IMG/VR virus record: IMGVR_UViG_3300026512_000010
Span: 1-64,000 of that record
Strand: one strand, 5' to 3'
DNA: 64,000 nt
Source of the DNA: a virus
Part shown: positions 1-8,247 of the stretch, piece by piece
How the letters are laid out: each line of letters opens with the position of its first letter
Position numbering within the stretch: the stretch's first letter is position 1
Position numbers and translations under genes: made by a program
The notes under the pieces: generated by a model
Told to the model about the DNA's origin: nothing
Databases searched by the model: none
The model's input: only the letters and a program-made list of their open reading frames with translations

Positions 1-514
1 AATAAATAATAAAGGATATTTACAACCACATTATAAAGATATACATACTTATATTACTTATCATATAGAAAATTATAAAAATTCATTTGATTCAATTAAA
101 TATTCACCAGAAGAATATTTTGAAAATCATAAAATTTTAAAAAATTTAATTGATAAAAATGAATTTATCAATAGAACCAAAAAATTTCATAAAAAAGACA
201 TAAATTATAAAAAGACACTTAAAGGAACATTAATTTTTTATGATAATTATACCTTTAGAAGTTATTTTGAATTTTATTTTTATTTGAAATTAAAAGAAAA
301 TATTATAGATTTTATTTATGAAAAAAATTATCCAAACTCAAAGTTAAAATTTGATTTTTATCTTCCAAAATATGATATTTATATAGAAATTGCAGGTTTA
401 ATGAATGAAAAAGAATATAGAGAAAAAATGAAATACAAAAAAGAAAAATTTGGTTCTATAATATTAGAAAATAGAGAAGATGTTGATAATTTTTTCGTTA
501 ATCTTCAACTATAA
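1..514 (+). CDS. Partial ORF (5' end outside window) with C-terminal Vsr/DUF559-like PD-(D/E)xK endonuclease core; possible free-standing homing endonuclease
   Basis: Frame 2 is open from nt 2 to the stop at 512-514 (ORF track lists only the TTG-initiated tail 284..514). C-terminal FDFYLPKYDIYIEIAG...REKMKYKKEKFGSIILENREDV fits the DFY..-IEvDG-..R..-G..vlR pattern of Vsr-like nucleases. Only convincing plus-strand gene in the window; converges on the truncated uvsW. Confidence 0.4.
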   Translation, partial: INNKGYLQPHYKDIHTYITYHIENYKNSFDSIKYSPEEYFENHKILKNLIDKNEFINRTKKFHKKDINYKKTLKGTLIFYDNYTFRSYFEFYFYLKLKENIIDFIYEKNYPNSKLKFDFYLPKYDIYIEIAGLMNEKEYREKMKYKKEKFGSIILENREDVDNFFVNLQL

Positions 515-953
515 CTCTTATTTTTTCATTTTTATCTAAACATCCAGTAGCAGAGACAAGGATGCAATTTTTATTGTTAATGCCTTCAACAATAGCCTTT
601 ATTTGATAATCACGAGGCTTAAAAGGAACATTTAAAAAATTAATGAATTCTCTGATTTCTTCTTCAGTTACTTTTTCATTGTTTGAATCAATGTTTTCAT
701 ATTCAAATTCTGGAAATTTATCTAAAATAAGTTTTACAAGACCTCTCGGTATAATCATTCCTGATGGTGTTTGGGAATAAAATTTTTTCTTTCCGTCCCA
801 CATGCCTGCTCTAAAAGAAGGCGTAAATCTATAACCATCAACATATACTGAAAGAATATTCATTAATTTTAATCTTAAATCAAGTCCTTCATCAGTATCA
901 GGAATTTCAATAATAGAATAAGAATAATTTATATCTCTAATTTTCACTTTCAA
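498..953 (-). CDS. uvsW: UvsW-like SF2 DNA helicase, N-terminal fragment ending inside the Walker A motif (split gene or pseudogene)
   Basis: DGYRFTPSFRAGMWDGKKKFY and IPRGLVKLILDKF match the T4 UvsW N-domain (DGYRFNPRFRYGNWDGRIRLL / LPFGLVGQIKKF); PRDYQIKAIVEGINNKNCILVSATG matches UvsW HWYQKDAVFEGLVNRRRILNLPTSAG. The ORF stops 14 codons after ATG-C with no GK[ST] in any frame. Confidence 0.7.
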   Translation of the reverse strand: MKVKIRDINYSYSIIEIPDTDEGLDLRLKLMNILSVYVDGYRFTPSFRAGMWDGKKKFYSQTPSGMIIPRGLVKLILDKFPEFEYENIDSNNEKVTEEEIREFINFLNVPFKPRDYQIKAIVEGINNKNCILVSATGCLDKNEKIRVIVED

Positions 954-1455
954 CCTTTATAATTTCAAGTTCATAATCTTTTAATTCATCAAAATAGCAT
1001 AATGGAAGTCCTGAAATATTATAAGCTTGTTCAACATTTGAAAAAACAGTATAAATCAATAAATTTTCATTATTTTCTATCTCTTCAAATATTCCATAAG
1101 CTGATGGATGAATTTGATTTTTATACCATCTCTTAAATCCATCACTATATTGTTTAAGAATATATGAAACATCAGAATTTTTATAATTTACTAAAATAAA
1201 ATTACAACCAACATATTCTAATTGAATTTTCTTTATTTTTCTTCCTAATCTAAGATCAATCGGGTATCCACATTGTTTACATCTGCCATAAGCCAAATCA
1301 CTCTTAAATCCACCACGTTTGTCAAAATTCACAAAATCTGAAGGATACCCCTGTCTCAAACAATTTGGGCAATATGTTGAATTATCATCTGTTTTTTCAT
1401 AGAATACTTTAATTTTCATTTTTTGCAATTCTTCTTTGTTAAAAGATAAAATCAT
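937..1455 (-). CDS. Hypothetical protein with CxxC...CxxC zinc-ribbon
   Basis: Minus-strand ORF tiling with neighbours; CPNC...CKQC pair. Confidence 0.4.
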   Translation of the reverse strand: MILSFNKEELQKMKIKVFYEKTDDNSTYCPNCLRQGYPSDFVNFDKRGGFKSDLAYGRCKQCGYPIDLRLGRKIKKIQLEYVGCNFILVNYKNSDVSYILKQYSDGFKRWYKNQIHPSAYGIFEEIENNENLLIYTVFSNVEQAYNISGLPLCYFDELKDYELEIIKVESEN

Positions 1456-1863
1456 TTAATTCTCCTTTTTACACATATATCCATGAGCTGGACATTCACA
1501 ATTTATTATTCTTTTAAATCCATAATATTCCTCGTTGTCCAATTTTGGACACTCGCACACTGGAAGCATATTCCAATATGTATAAAAATTCTCGTCTTCT
1601 TCAAAATTCCAAAGTTTTTGTAATTTTCCTTCTATATATTCAACTTCTTTGCCAAGTCTTTCTGCTTCTTTTTCATAATCTTCTTTGGAAAATTTAATAC
1701 TATTTGTATATAAAAGTTGTGATTCTTCTAAAGCATCTTTTAATTTTTTATAAAAATATTCCAATTGAAATATATTTTCTTCAGGAACATTATTTTTAAT
1801 TAAAAGTTCCTTATTTAATTTTAATTTTTGTATTTTTTCTAAAACAATTTCATCATATTTCAT
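1456..1863 (-). CDS. Hypothetical protein, Cys-rich C-terminus
   Basis: ORF directly downstream of the conserved promoter at 1885-1920; CECP...CECP motif. Confidence 0.4.
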   Translation of the reverse strand: MKYDEIVLEKIQKLKLNKELLIKNNVPEENIFQLEYFYKKLKDALEESQLLYTNSIKFSKEDYEKEAERLGKEVEYIEGKLQKLWNFEEDENFYTYWNMLPVCECPKLDNEEYYGFKRIINCECPAHGYMCKKEN

Positions 1864-1884
1864 TTTTTCTCCTTAATTTTTCTT

Positions 1885-1920
1885 ATATATAATTATATAT
1901 TAATTTTTAAAAAAGTAAAG
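1885..1920 (-). promoter_or_regulatory. Conserved phage promoter cassette (TTTACT-N16-TATAAT-like, fixed spacing to GGAG RBS) for the 1863-start operon
   Basis: Plus strand reads tatataattatatattaatttttaaaaaagtaaag, the reverse complement of the repeated consensus. Confidence 0.5.
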
Positions 1921-1921
1921 G

Positions 1922-2128
1922 TTATTTTGAATTTATCGTTTTTTCTTTTATATTTTCATCGTTTTTAATCTTTATAGATGGATGAGGTATAATTAAAGCA
2001 AATACAATCAATAAAACAACCATTTCTGTAAAAGAAATTTTATCTTTTGAAAATAAATACATAACCCCACATAATATAATTGTTATCATTATATAGAACG
2101 CTACATTTATAATTGTTGCTTCTTGCAT
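1922..2128 (-). CDS. Small hydrophobic membrane protein
   Basis: Two hydrophobic segments; ATGA-type junction with the ligase gene. Confidence 0.35.
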   Translation of the reverse strand: MQEATIINVAFYIMITIILCGVMYLFSKDKISFTEMVVLLIVFALIIPHPSIKIKNDENIKEKTINSK

Positions 2129-3525
2129 TATTTTACTCCTAAAATAGATTTCTCAATTTCAATACATTTTTCATATGAATCAGCTTCATCTTTATCTTCT
2201 CTTACACAAATAAAGCTCGGGTGTAAAAGAGCTTCAACTTCTCCATTTTTCCAGGAAAGTCCTCTACAGTTAATTGTAACAATTTTACCAATCAACTCGT
2301 CTTTATGTTTTGTAATATAGTCCATATCATCTTCTGTTAGCCCTCCAGCTTGAACTTTAATTTTACCATCGGAACTTTCGGCTAAAACTCTATTAATAAA
2401 ATTTTCATATTTTGTTCCAGGTGTTCCATATTCAAACCCTGTAATTCTGAAATCTACGTCAAAATTTATTTTAACTTTTATTTGATGATTAGGTTTTTTA
2501 TTTTCAAATTTTCCACGTTTGCTTTTTACAACAGTTCCTTCACCACCTTTTTGAAAAATTTCTTTAAAATGCTCTAGAACTTCCTCTTTTGTTTTAACTG
2601 GTCTGGTAGAAATTTCTAAAACATTATCTGCTTGCCACAAACATTCTTTCAAGTTAGAATATCTTTTATGATATGGAATTTCACAATAACCTTTACTCCA
2701 ATCTTCAAAAGGAATTAAATCCCAAGCTACAATATAAATATCTTTTAAAAATTCAGAAGGCTTTTTACCATATCTTTCTATAAAAGCTTCAATATCTTTT
2801 TCTTTTAATTTTCCCTCTTTCTTTTTAGACATAATTGTTTTAATAGAATTTATTAATCCATTAGCTTTGTATCTGTCAAAATTTTTAACAAGTATTTCAC
2901 CTGTTATAACAAATTCATCATGGACAGGAGAAAAATAATTGTGTTTAAAGGCACTTTCTAAATGTAAATCTTTACCATTTCTGGCAAAGGTTCTCATTTC
3001 CCCTGTTTCACAATTATAATAGAGGTTACAAAACATTCCATCAAGCTTTTCCTGTGACCAGACTTCTCCCTCTTCAAGAAGTTTTTCAAGTTTTTTCATA
3101 TTATAAGGAATAGCTCCCATGTAAGGAGTGATAGGAATTAAATTTTCAAAAACTTTATTTATTAATTTAGTATTAATACCTATTTTAAAATCTTTTTGAA
3201 GAATTCCGTCAAATACCCAAGCATCCTGTTCATCAAGTTTTTGATAAATATATTCTACCTCATCTCTTGCAGCATTTCCTGTAATTTTTCTAAGCCTTAA
3301 ATTATCAAGAGTATCAAATATTATGTGACTTGAATGTTCTAAAGTAATTTCGCCTTTGTTTGAAAGTTTATCATATTTTTTAACATAATATTGATAAAAT
3401 GGATTATAAGCATAAAATAAAACTTTTTTAAGAAGTTCATTATCTTTATGCTGTTTAAGTATTTCTTGTTTTTTATTTGTTGAAGATGTTTCTTTGATTT
3501 GTTGAAGTATTTTGTAGATTTTCAT
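2128..3525 (-). CDS. ATP-dependent DNA ligase (T4 gp30-like)
   Basis: N-terminus MKIYKILQQIKETSSTNKKQEILKQHKDNELLKKV parallels T4 ligase MILKILNEIASIGSTKQKQAILEKNKDNELLKRV; KxDG motif EKLDGMFC. Confidence 0.85.
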   Translation of the reverse strand: MKIYKILQQIKETSSTNKKQEILKQHKDNELLKKVLFYAYNPFYQYYVKKYDKLSNKGEITLEHSSHIIFDTLDNLRLRKITGNAARDEVEYIYQKLDEQDAWVFDGILQKDFKIGINTKLINKVFENLIPITPYMGAIPYNMKKLEKLLEEGEVWSQEKLDGMFCNLYYNCETGEMRTFARNGKDLHLESAFKHNYFSPVHDEFVITGEILVKNFDRYKANGLINSIKTIMSKKKEGKLKEKDIEAFIERYGKKPSEFLKDIYIVAWDLIPFEDWSKGYCEIPYHKRYSNLKECLWQADNVLEISTRPVKTKEEVLEHFKEIFQKGGEGTVVKSKRGKFENKKPNHQIKVKINFDVDFRITGFEYGTPGTKYENFINRVLAESSDGKIKVQAGGLTEDDMDYITKHKDELIGKIVTINCRGLSWKNGEVEALLHPSFICVREDKDEADSYEKCIEIEKSILGVK

Positions 3526-3534
3526 TTTAACTCC

Positions 3535-4083
3535 TTAAAATTTTTTACCTCTTAGCATTTCAGAAATTTTTATAAATTCTTCTTTTGCTTCATCTATTTT
3601 ATTAAGATCTTCCACTTTTATATTTTTCCAAGTAGAAAATTTTAAATAAGTTTCAATACCTTTGTCACTCCAATATTTTACATCAATTTGAAAAATTTTG
3701 TCATAATCTTTAGGTTTCAAAGTAAACCCGTTAACATTAGAATAAAAATCATAATTTTCAGTAATATAAAGAATATTTTTAATCATTTTTAACAATTTTT
3801 CATTGTTTAATTTAGTTTCAATTTCCTCAAGATTTACACTAACATTATCATCAACAAGTTCTTTTATTTTATTAAAAGATTTTACCCATTTATGTCTTCC
3901 ACCATTATATGGATCGCGAATTTCTATTTTATCATCTTTATTCCAAGTGTGGCCATAACATACAGTTTGACCGTTATAAAAAATTTTGAAGCCACTTTCA
4001 TTAAATTCTAAAGACAAATTATCAAATTTTTTAGATACCTCTTCGAAAGCTTTTTCGATATTTCTTTTAAGTGTTTCATTCAT
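3535..4083 (-). CDS. Hypothetical protein
   Basis: ORF immediately downstream of a consensus promoter; no recognised motif. Confidence 0.4.
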   Translation of the reverse strand: MNETLKRNIEKAFEEVSKKFDNLSLEFNESGFKIFYNGQTVCYGHTWNKDDKIEIRDPYNGGRHKWVKSFNKIKELVDDNVSVNLEEIETKLNNEKLLKMIKNILYITENYDFYSNVNGFTLKPKDYDKIFQIDVKYWSDKGIETYLKFSTWKNIKVEDLNKIDEAKEEFIKISEMLRGKKF

Positions 4084-4103
4084 TTTAACTCCTTAACTTT
4101 TTT

Positions 4104-4143
4104 CTTATAAATAATTATATAATAATTTTTGAAAAAAGTAAAG
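4104..4143 (-). promoter_or_regulatory. Conserved phage promoter cassette with upstream aaatttaagctaaatttaag element
   Basis: cttataaataattatataataatttttgaaaaaagtaaag followed by gggtttaagctaaatttaagg. Confidence 0.5.
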
Positions 4144-4192
4144 GGTTTAAGCTAAATTTAAGGAAAATTTAAGAATAAAAGAAAGAAGAGAG

Positions 4193-5086
4193 TTATTTTT
4201 TAGAAGGAATTTGAAGAAGAGTATTAGAATTATTCATCATAGAATATGGCATATAAACAACGTTTGGATTTCCTTTTAGATTATCCATCATTTTTTCATA
4301 AATTTCCATTTTTCTCCATTCAATTAGTTTAGGAGATATTGATTTTGCAAGTAATATGTTGGCATCATGTTGACGGCGAATTTTCTGCATTTCAATATTA
4401 TACTGTGCCTTTGCTATTGTTTCTTGAGCTTTAATTTTTTTAAGTTTAATTATATTCTCAGCTTCTATTTTCTTAATTTCAAGTTCTTTTTGTTTAGCTA
4501 AAAGAATAGCATCATTATATGTTTTTGGAAAATTAAATCTTCCTGGATTAAACTGAACAACTTCCAATGGAGTTGATTTGAAATCCTCTTGAATTTTATT
4601 AAAAATCTCCCCAGCAATTTTTTTATAATTTAATCTTACCTCATCTAATGTATATTGACTTAATACCTCTCTAACATCTCTTATGACAATGGCTTTGCCA
4701 TATGTTCCATAGATTTTATAAAGAGAAATAGAATTATTTTTATCAGGCTTAATATCATTAAATAAAGCATTTAAAATTTTAGGGTTATTTTTAACCCTTA
4801 CAACTACTCTTACGTAATCAGCTTTTAAATCCATATTATCTTTCATTCTAACAGTGACGGTTTCTTGAAACTGTCCTGTAGTTGTATCTAAAAGATAAAT
4901 ATTATTATAGCATCTTTCAAATGCATTACAAGTAGTATACCATCCTGGCTGAAGTATTTCTGGTTTAAATCCTGATTTTGTCATCATCTTTCCAACAGTC
5001 CCTGATGAAACTTTCTCTTTATGGGTGCAGCCACTAAACATAAAAATGCTTAAAAATATCATCATCCCTAAAATTATTCTTTTCAT
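4193..5086 (-). CDS. SPFH/band-7 (prohibitin/HflK-C-like) domain lipoprotein
   Basis: Signal peptide plus lipobox (LSIFMFSGC); long Ala/Lys/Glu-rich coiled segment QKELEIKKIEAENIIKLKKIKAQETIAKAQYNIEMQKIRRQ typical of band-7 proteins. Confidence 0.5.
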   Translation of the reverse strand: MKRIILGMMIFLSIFMFSGCTHKEKVSSGTVGKMMTKSGFKPEILQPGWYTTCNAFERCYNNIYLLDTTTGQFQETVTVRMKDNMDLKADYVRVVVRVKNNPKILNALFNDIKPDKNNSISLYKIYGTYGKAIVIRDVREVLSQYTLDEVRLNYKKIAGEIFNKIQEDFKSTPLEVVQFNPGRFNFPKTYNDAILLAKQKELEIKKIEAENIIKLKKIKAQETIAKAQYNIEMQKIRRQHDANILLAKSISPKLIEWRKMEIYEKMMDNLKGNPNVVYMPYSMMNNSNTLLQIPSKK

Positions 5087-5490
5087 TTACTCTCCTTTAT
5101 ATTAATATGAATATCATTTTGTTCTTTTGTAATAGACTCATCTAAATTTTTGTATTCTTTTTTATAGTTGAATACTTCAACTTTTTTAGGCAATTCTTGT
5201 TTTCTTTCTTGATAAGAAATATTTGATTGATAATTTTGCGAATTTCTATACTCTTTTGTGTCAGCAAAATTAATATTGAGCCCACTAATTAAAATGCTAA
5301 TAAACATAACAGCATAAACAATTTTTATACTCTTTACAAGTAAAAGCTTTATTTCATCATTAAATTCTAAATTTAAAAATTTACTTAGAAAATCCTTTTT
5401 TATGCAAATTAATGATATCCAGCAAAAAGCTGATAAGAATAAAATATCATATATTGCTCTTGTCCACACATATGTGAATTCAAAATTCAT
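5083..5490 (-). CDS. Membrane protein (N-terminal TM helices)
   Basis: ORF with ATGA overlap to the downstream gene; hydrophobic N-terminus. Confidence 0.4.
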   Translation of the reverse strand: MNFEFTYVWTRAIYDILFLSAFCWISLICIKKDFLSKFLNLEFNDEIKLLLVKSIKIVYAVMFISILISGLNINFADTKEYRNSQNYQSNISYQERKQELPKKVEVFNYKKEYKNLDESITKEQNDIHINIKESK

Positions 5491-5501
5491 CTATAATTCC
5501 T

Positions 5502-5834
5502 TTAAAGCGGACATGAATTTATAATAGTTCTAACAATAACATTGTTTTTATAAATATAGGTAATAATTACTTTCCAACCATTAGTAACATTGTTTTTAAG
5601 TTTTGGATTTTCACATATAACTGATGTTATTTTTCTTTTAGCACTTTTTAAAATTTCATCATTTATCGAAGCATCATCATTATAGATATAATCAAGAAAA
5701 ATTATTCTATCTTCTTTACTAACACTCACAGTTTGGCGAGCATTTTTAGTAATACTAAAATTATTTACACTGATACTGTTAGCATATAAACCTGTAACTA
5801 CACATAAAAGTAATGCAAAAATAAATTTTTTCAT
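5502..5834 (-). CDS. Secreted small protein (signal peptide)
   Basis: MKKFIFALLLCVVTGLYANS signal-like N-terminus. Confidence 0.4.
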   Translation of the reverse strand: MKKFIFALLLCVVTGLYANSISVNNFSITKNARQTVSVSKEDRIIFLDYIYNDDASINDEILKSAKRKITSVICENPKLKNNVTNGWKVIITYIYKNNVIVRTIINSCPL

Positions 5835-6028
5835 TTGTTTTTTCCTTTTTTAATAAGATATATTGAAACAGCTATGCCATAAAGAACTGAAACTATGCTT
5901 GCACTCTCTAAAAACTGAACAATATTAAGTTTCAGCCAATAATTTAACCAATGTAAAATACCGCTAACAAAAATAAACACAAACACAAACGAAAATAAAT
6001 CAAACCAAAACAAATCTTTTTTACTCAT
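5831..6028 (-). CDS. Small membrane protein
   Basis: Two hydrophobic helices; overlapping stop/start with neighbours. Confidence 0.35.
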   Translation of the reverse strand: MSKKDLFWFDLFSFVFVFIFVSGILHWLNYWLKLNIVQFLESASIVSVLYGIAVSIYLIKKGKNK

Positions 6029-6288
6029 TATAATACCTTTATAGAATTAATATTTATAAATGTTTTTGAAAGAGGATACAATTTATCCGCTTCTAAAATT
6101 TCACACTCAACTTTATAAGTTACAACATCGTTATAAATGTAAATTTCAGCAGAATAAGGTAATCCAAATAATCTGTTAATTTTACTCCAAAAATGAAGTT
6201 CTATTCTTACATTTAAGTTATATTTAGTTAAAAGTCTTTGAATGTCTTCCATTGTTTTACATTTTTGAACTTCTTTGAAAAAATCCAT
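6028..6288 (-). CDS. Hypothetical protein
   Basis: First ORF after the promoter at 6309-6346. Confidence 0.4.
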   Translation of the reverse strand: MDFFKEVQKCKTMEDIQRLLTKYNLNVRIELHFWSKINRLFGLPYSAEIYIYNDVVTYKVECEILEADKLYPLSKTFININSIKVL

Positions 6289-6308
6289 TTTTTACTCCTT
6301 TAACTTTT

Positions 6309-6346
6309 CTTATAAATAATTATAATATATTTTTGAAAAAAGTAAA
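6309..6346 (-). promoter_or_regulatory. Conserved phage promoter cassette
   Basis: cttataaataattataatatatttttgaaaaaagtaaa. Confidence 0.5.
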
Positions 6347-6931
6347 CTATTTTAAAAAATTTTTATAAATTTCTTCTAATGAAATAGGCGTAAAATTTAT
6401 ATTTTCTACTGAAACATTAAAATGAGGTATTTCACATTCTTGACAAGGATTTGCACTATGTGTATGGCCATGAATTAATAAATCAATATTACCAAGCTTT
6501 TTCTTAAATTCTCTTAAAGAAGTATTTGTGTCTAAATACACTTCACAAAGTGGATAATGACAAATGCCTATTTTCTTTCTATTTACATTTAAAATAAAAT
6601 AAGCGTTAGTGCTTTGAAACCCTATATCTTTATACCATTTATCTGTTTTATGGTCATGGTTTCCATAAATTAAAATTTTATTTCCATTCATATTATCTAA
6701 AATTCTTTTGGCTAAAAATTTTTCTGAAAGCATAGATTCACATTTTCTTTTATATTGATTAAATCCTACAAAAATGTCTCCAACAAAAAACACCGTGTCT
6801 TTTGGTTTAACGACACTATTGTATCTTTTTATCATTTCTTCAATGTATTTTTCTTGAAATTGCTTTCTAACTGGTTCATATTCAAATATATTTTGATGAA
6901 AGAAATGATAATCACTCACAAACCAAATCAT
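6347..6931 (-). CDS. Calcineurin-like metallophosphoesterase
   Basis: VSDYHF..., FFVGDIF, IYGNHDHK, LIHGHTHS metallophosphatase motifs. Confidence 0.7.
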   Translation of the reverse strand: MIWFVSDYHFFHQNIFEYEPVRKQFQEKYIEEMIKRYNSVVKPKDTVFFVGDIFVGFNQYKRKCESMLSEKFLAKRILDNMNGNKILIYGNHDHKTDKWYKDIGFQSTNAYFILNVNRKKIGICHYPLCEVYLDTNTSLREFKKKLGNIDLLIHGHTHSANPCQECEIPHFNVSVENINFTPISLEEIYKNFLK

Positions 6932-7191
6932 CTTTCTTCCATTAGCGTAATAAATGCTCCTGTTAAAATATAGTTCACAACAGCACTTATCATTCCACCA
7001 ATTACCATATAAATAGGTGTCATAACTACACTAAAATGAGTAAAACTAAACCATTCAATACCTTGAACATCAAAAATTTTAGCACATAATAAAATTAAAA
7101 AGACAGCTCCTGATACATACACAGCAAAAGATGATACAATTGCTAAAAGAAATGTAATAGCACTTAAAGTGCCTAAAATATATTTTTTCAT
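6928..7191 (-). CDS. Small membrane protein
   Basis: Three hydrophobic segments. Confidence 0.35.
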   Translation of the reverse strand: MKKYILGTLSAITFLLAIVSSFAVYVSGAVFLILLCAKIFDVQGIEWFSFTHFSVVMTPIYMVIGGMISAVVNYILTGAFITLMEER

Positions 7192-7200
7192 ATTTTCTCC

Positions 7201-7431
7201 TTATAAATAATTTACATAAATATTTGGAATCTCATCAAGTTTTTCTACAATTTTTAATGGAACTTGATTGATTTCAGCCACCCTTTCAGGTGTATTAAAT
7301 TTTAATTCTGATTTCATCTTTTTAATCCAATTTATTACACTTAATGTATAATCACCCTCCTTATTTTTAATTTTAGCCAACTTACAGTAAATCTTTTGTA
7401 TCTCTTTAACCATTCGTGGATTTATTTTCAT
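7201..7431 (-). CDS. Hypothetical protein
   Basis: ORF in operon. Confidence 0.35.
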   Translation of the reverse strand: MKINPRMVKEIQKIYCKLAKIKNKEGDYTLSVINWIKKMKSELKFNTPERVAEINQVPLKIVEKLDEIPNIYVNYL

Positions 7432-7940
7432 TTTATTTCCTTAATTTGTCTCACATTAATACCACATTCTCTTAGAAAATCAATACCATCTAAATTTTTA
7501 TATTTCTCTTTATAAAATACTCTTTTTATACCCGATTGAGCTATTAATTTTGAACAGTCTGGACAAGGACTTAATGTAACATATAAATCACAGCCATCTG
7601 TAGAAATTCCAGCCTTTGCAGCAAAAGCTATTGCATTCATCTCTGCATGAACAGTGAATGGTGATGTAACCAACACTTTTTTAAGTTTTGGATGTATTTT
7701 TCCACAAGTATTACAATAAAAATTTACATCATCGCATTTTCCTACATCTTTTGAGTTACAATATGGACAAACTTCTATTTCATCTTCACAAACATTTTTA
7801 TGTCCTGAAACTGTCCCGTTATATCCACAGGAAATAATCCTATTATCCTTAACGAGAACTGCCCCCACCTGTCTTCTTTTGCAATAAGATAAGTTTGCAG
7901 TTTCTTGAGCTACATTCATAAAATAATATTCTTTTATCAT
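7428..7940 (-). CDS. cd: dCMP deaminase (T4 Cd-like) with inserted Cys4 zinc-ribbon
   Basis: HAEMNAI...LSPCPDCSKLI zinc-binding deaminase motifs. Start moved to the MIKEYYF Met (ATG 7938-7940), which has GGAG 6 nt upstream and removes the 47-nt overlap with the upstream ORF. Confidence 0.8.
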   Translation of the reverse strand: MIKEYYFMNVAQETANLSYCKRRQVGAVLVKDNRIISCGYNGTVSGHKNVCEDEIEVCPYCNSKDVGKCDDVNFYCNTCGKIHPKLKKVLVTSPFTVHAEMNAIAFAAKAGISTDGCDLYVTLSPCPDCSKLIAQSGIKRVFYKEKYKNLDGIDFLRECGINVRQIKEIK

Positions 7941-7941
7941 T

Positions 7942-8169
7942 TTAAACTCCATATCTATTTGCAAATTTAGCAAGTTTTTTAAGAGCACTTTGTTCTAATG
8001 CTCTTATACCTTGTTTTGTTATCCCCATAAGATATCCTATCTCTTCAAGTGTATATTCTCTACTTTCTAAAACACCAGCATCAATTAGTTCATTTAATGC
8101 ATGCCATTTATCTTTTCTGTTTTCAAATTCATCCAAGATAATTTTCGCTTCTTTTAATGTCATTGTCAT
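7942..8169 (-). CDS. Small sigma-70 region 4.2-like HTH protein (75 aa)
   Basis: YTLEEIGYLMGITKQGIRALEQSALKKL parallels E. coli sigma70 [28 protein letters not shown]; preceded by a consensus promoter plus upstream element. Confidence 0.55.
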   Translation of the reverse strand: MTMTLKEAKIILDEFENRKDKWHALNELIDAGVLESREYTLEEIGYLMGITKQGIRALEQSALKKLAKFANRYGV

Positions 8170-8192
8170 TTTAACTCCTTAACTTTTCTTTT

Positions 8193-8227
8193 AAGTAATT
8201 ATAATATAATTTTTTGTAAAAGTAAAG
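8193..8227 (-). promoter_or_regulatory. Conserved phage promoter cassette with upstream aaatttaagctaaatttaag element
   Basis: aagtaattataatataattttttgtaaaagtaaag then ggtttaagctaaatttaagg. Confidence 0.5.
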
Positions 8228-8247
8228 GGTTTAAGCTAAATTTAAGG

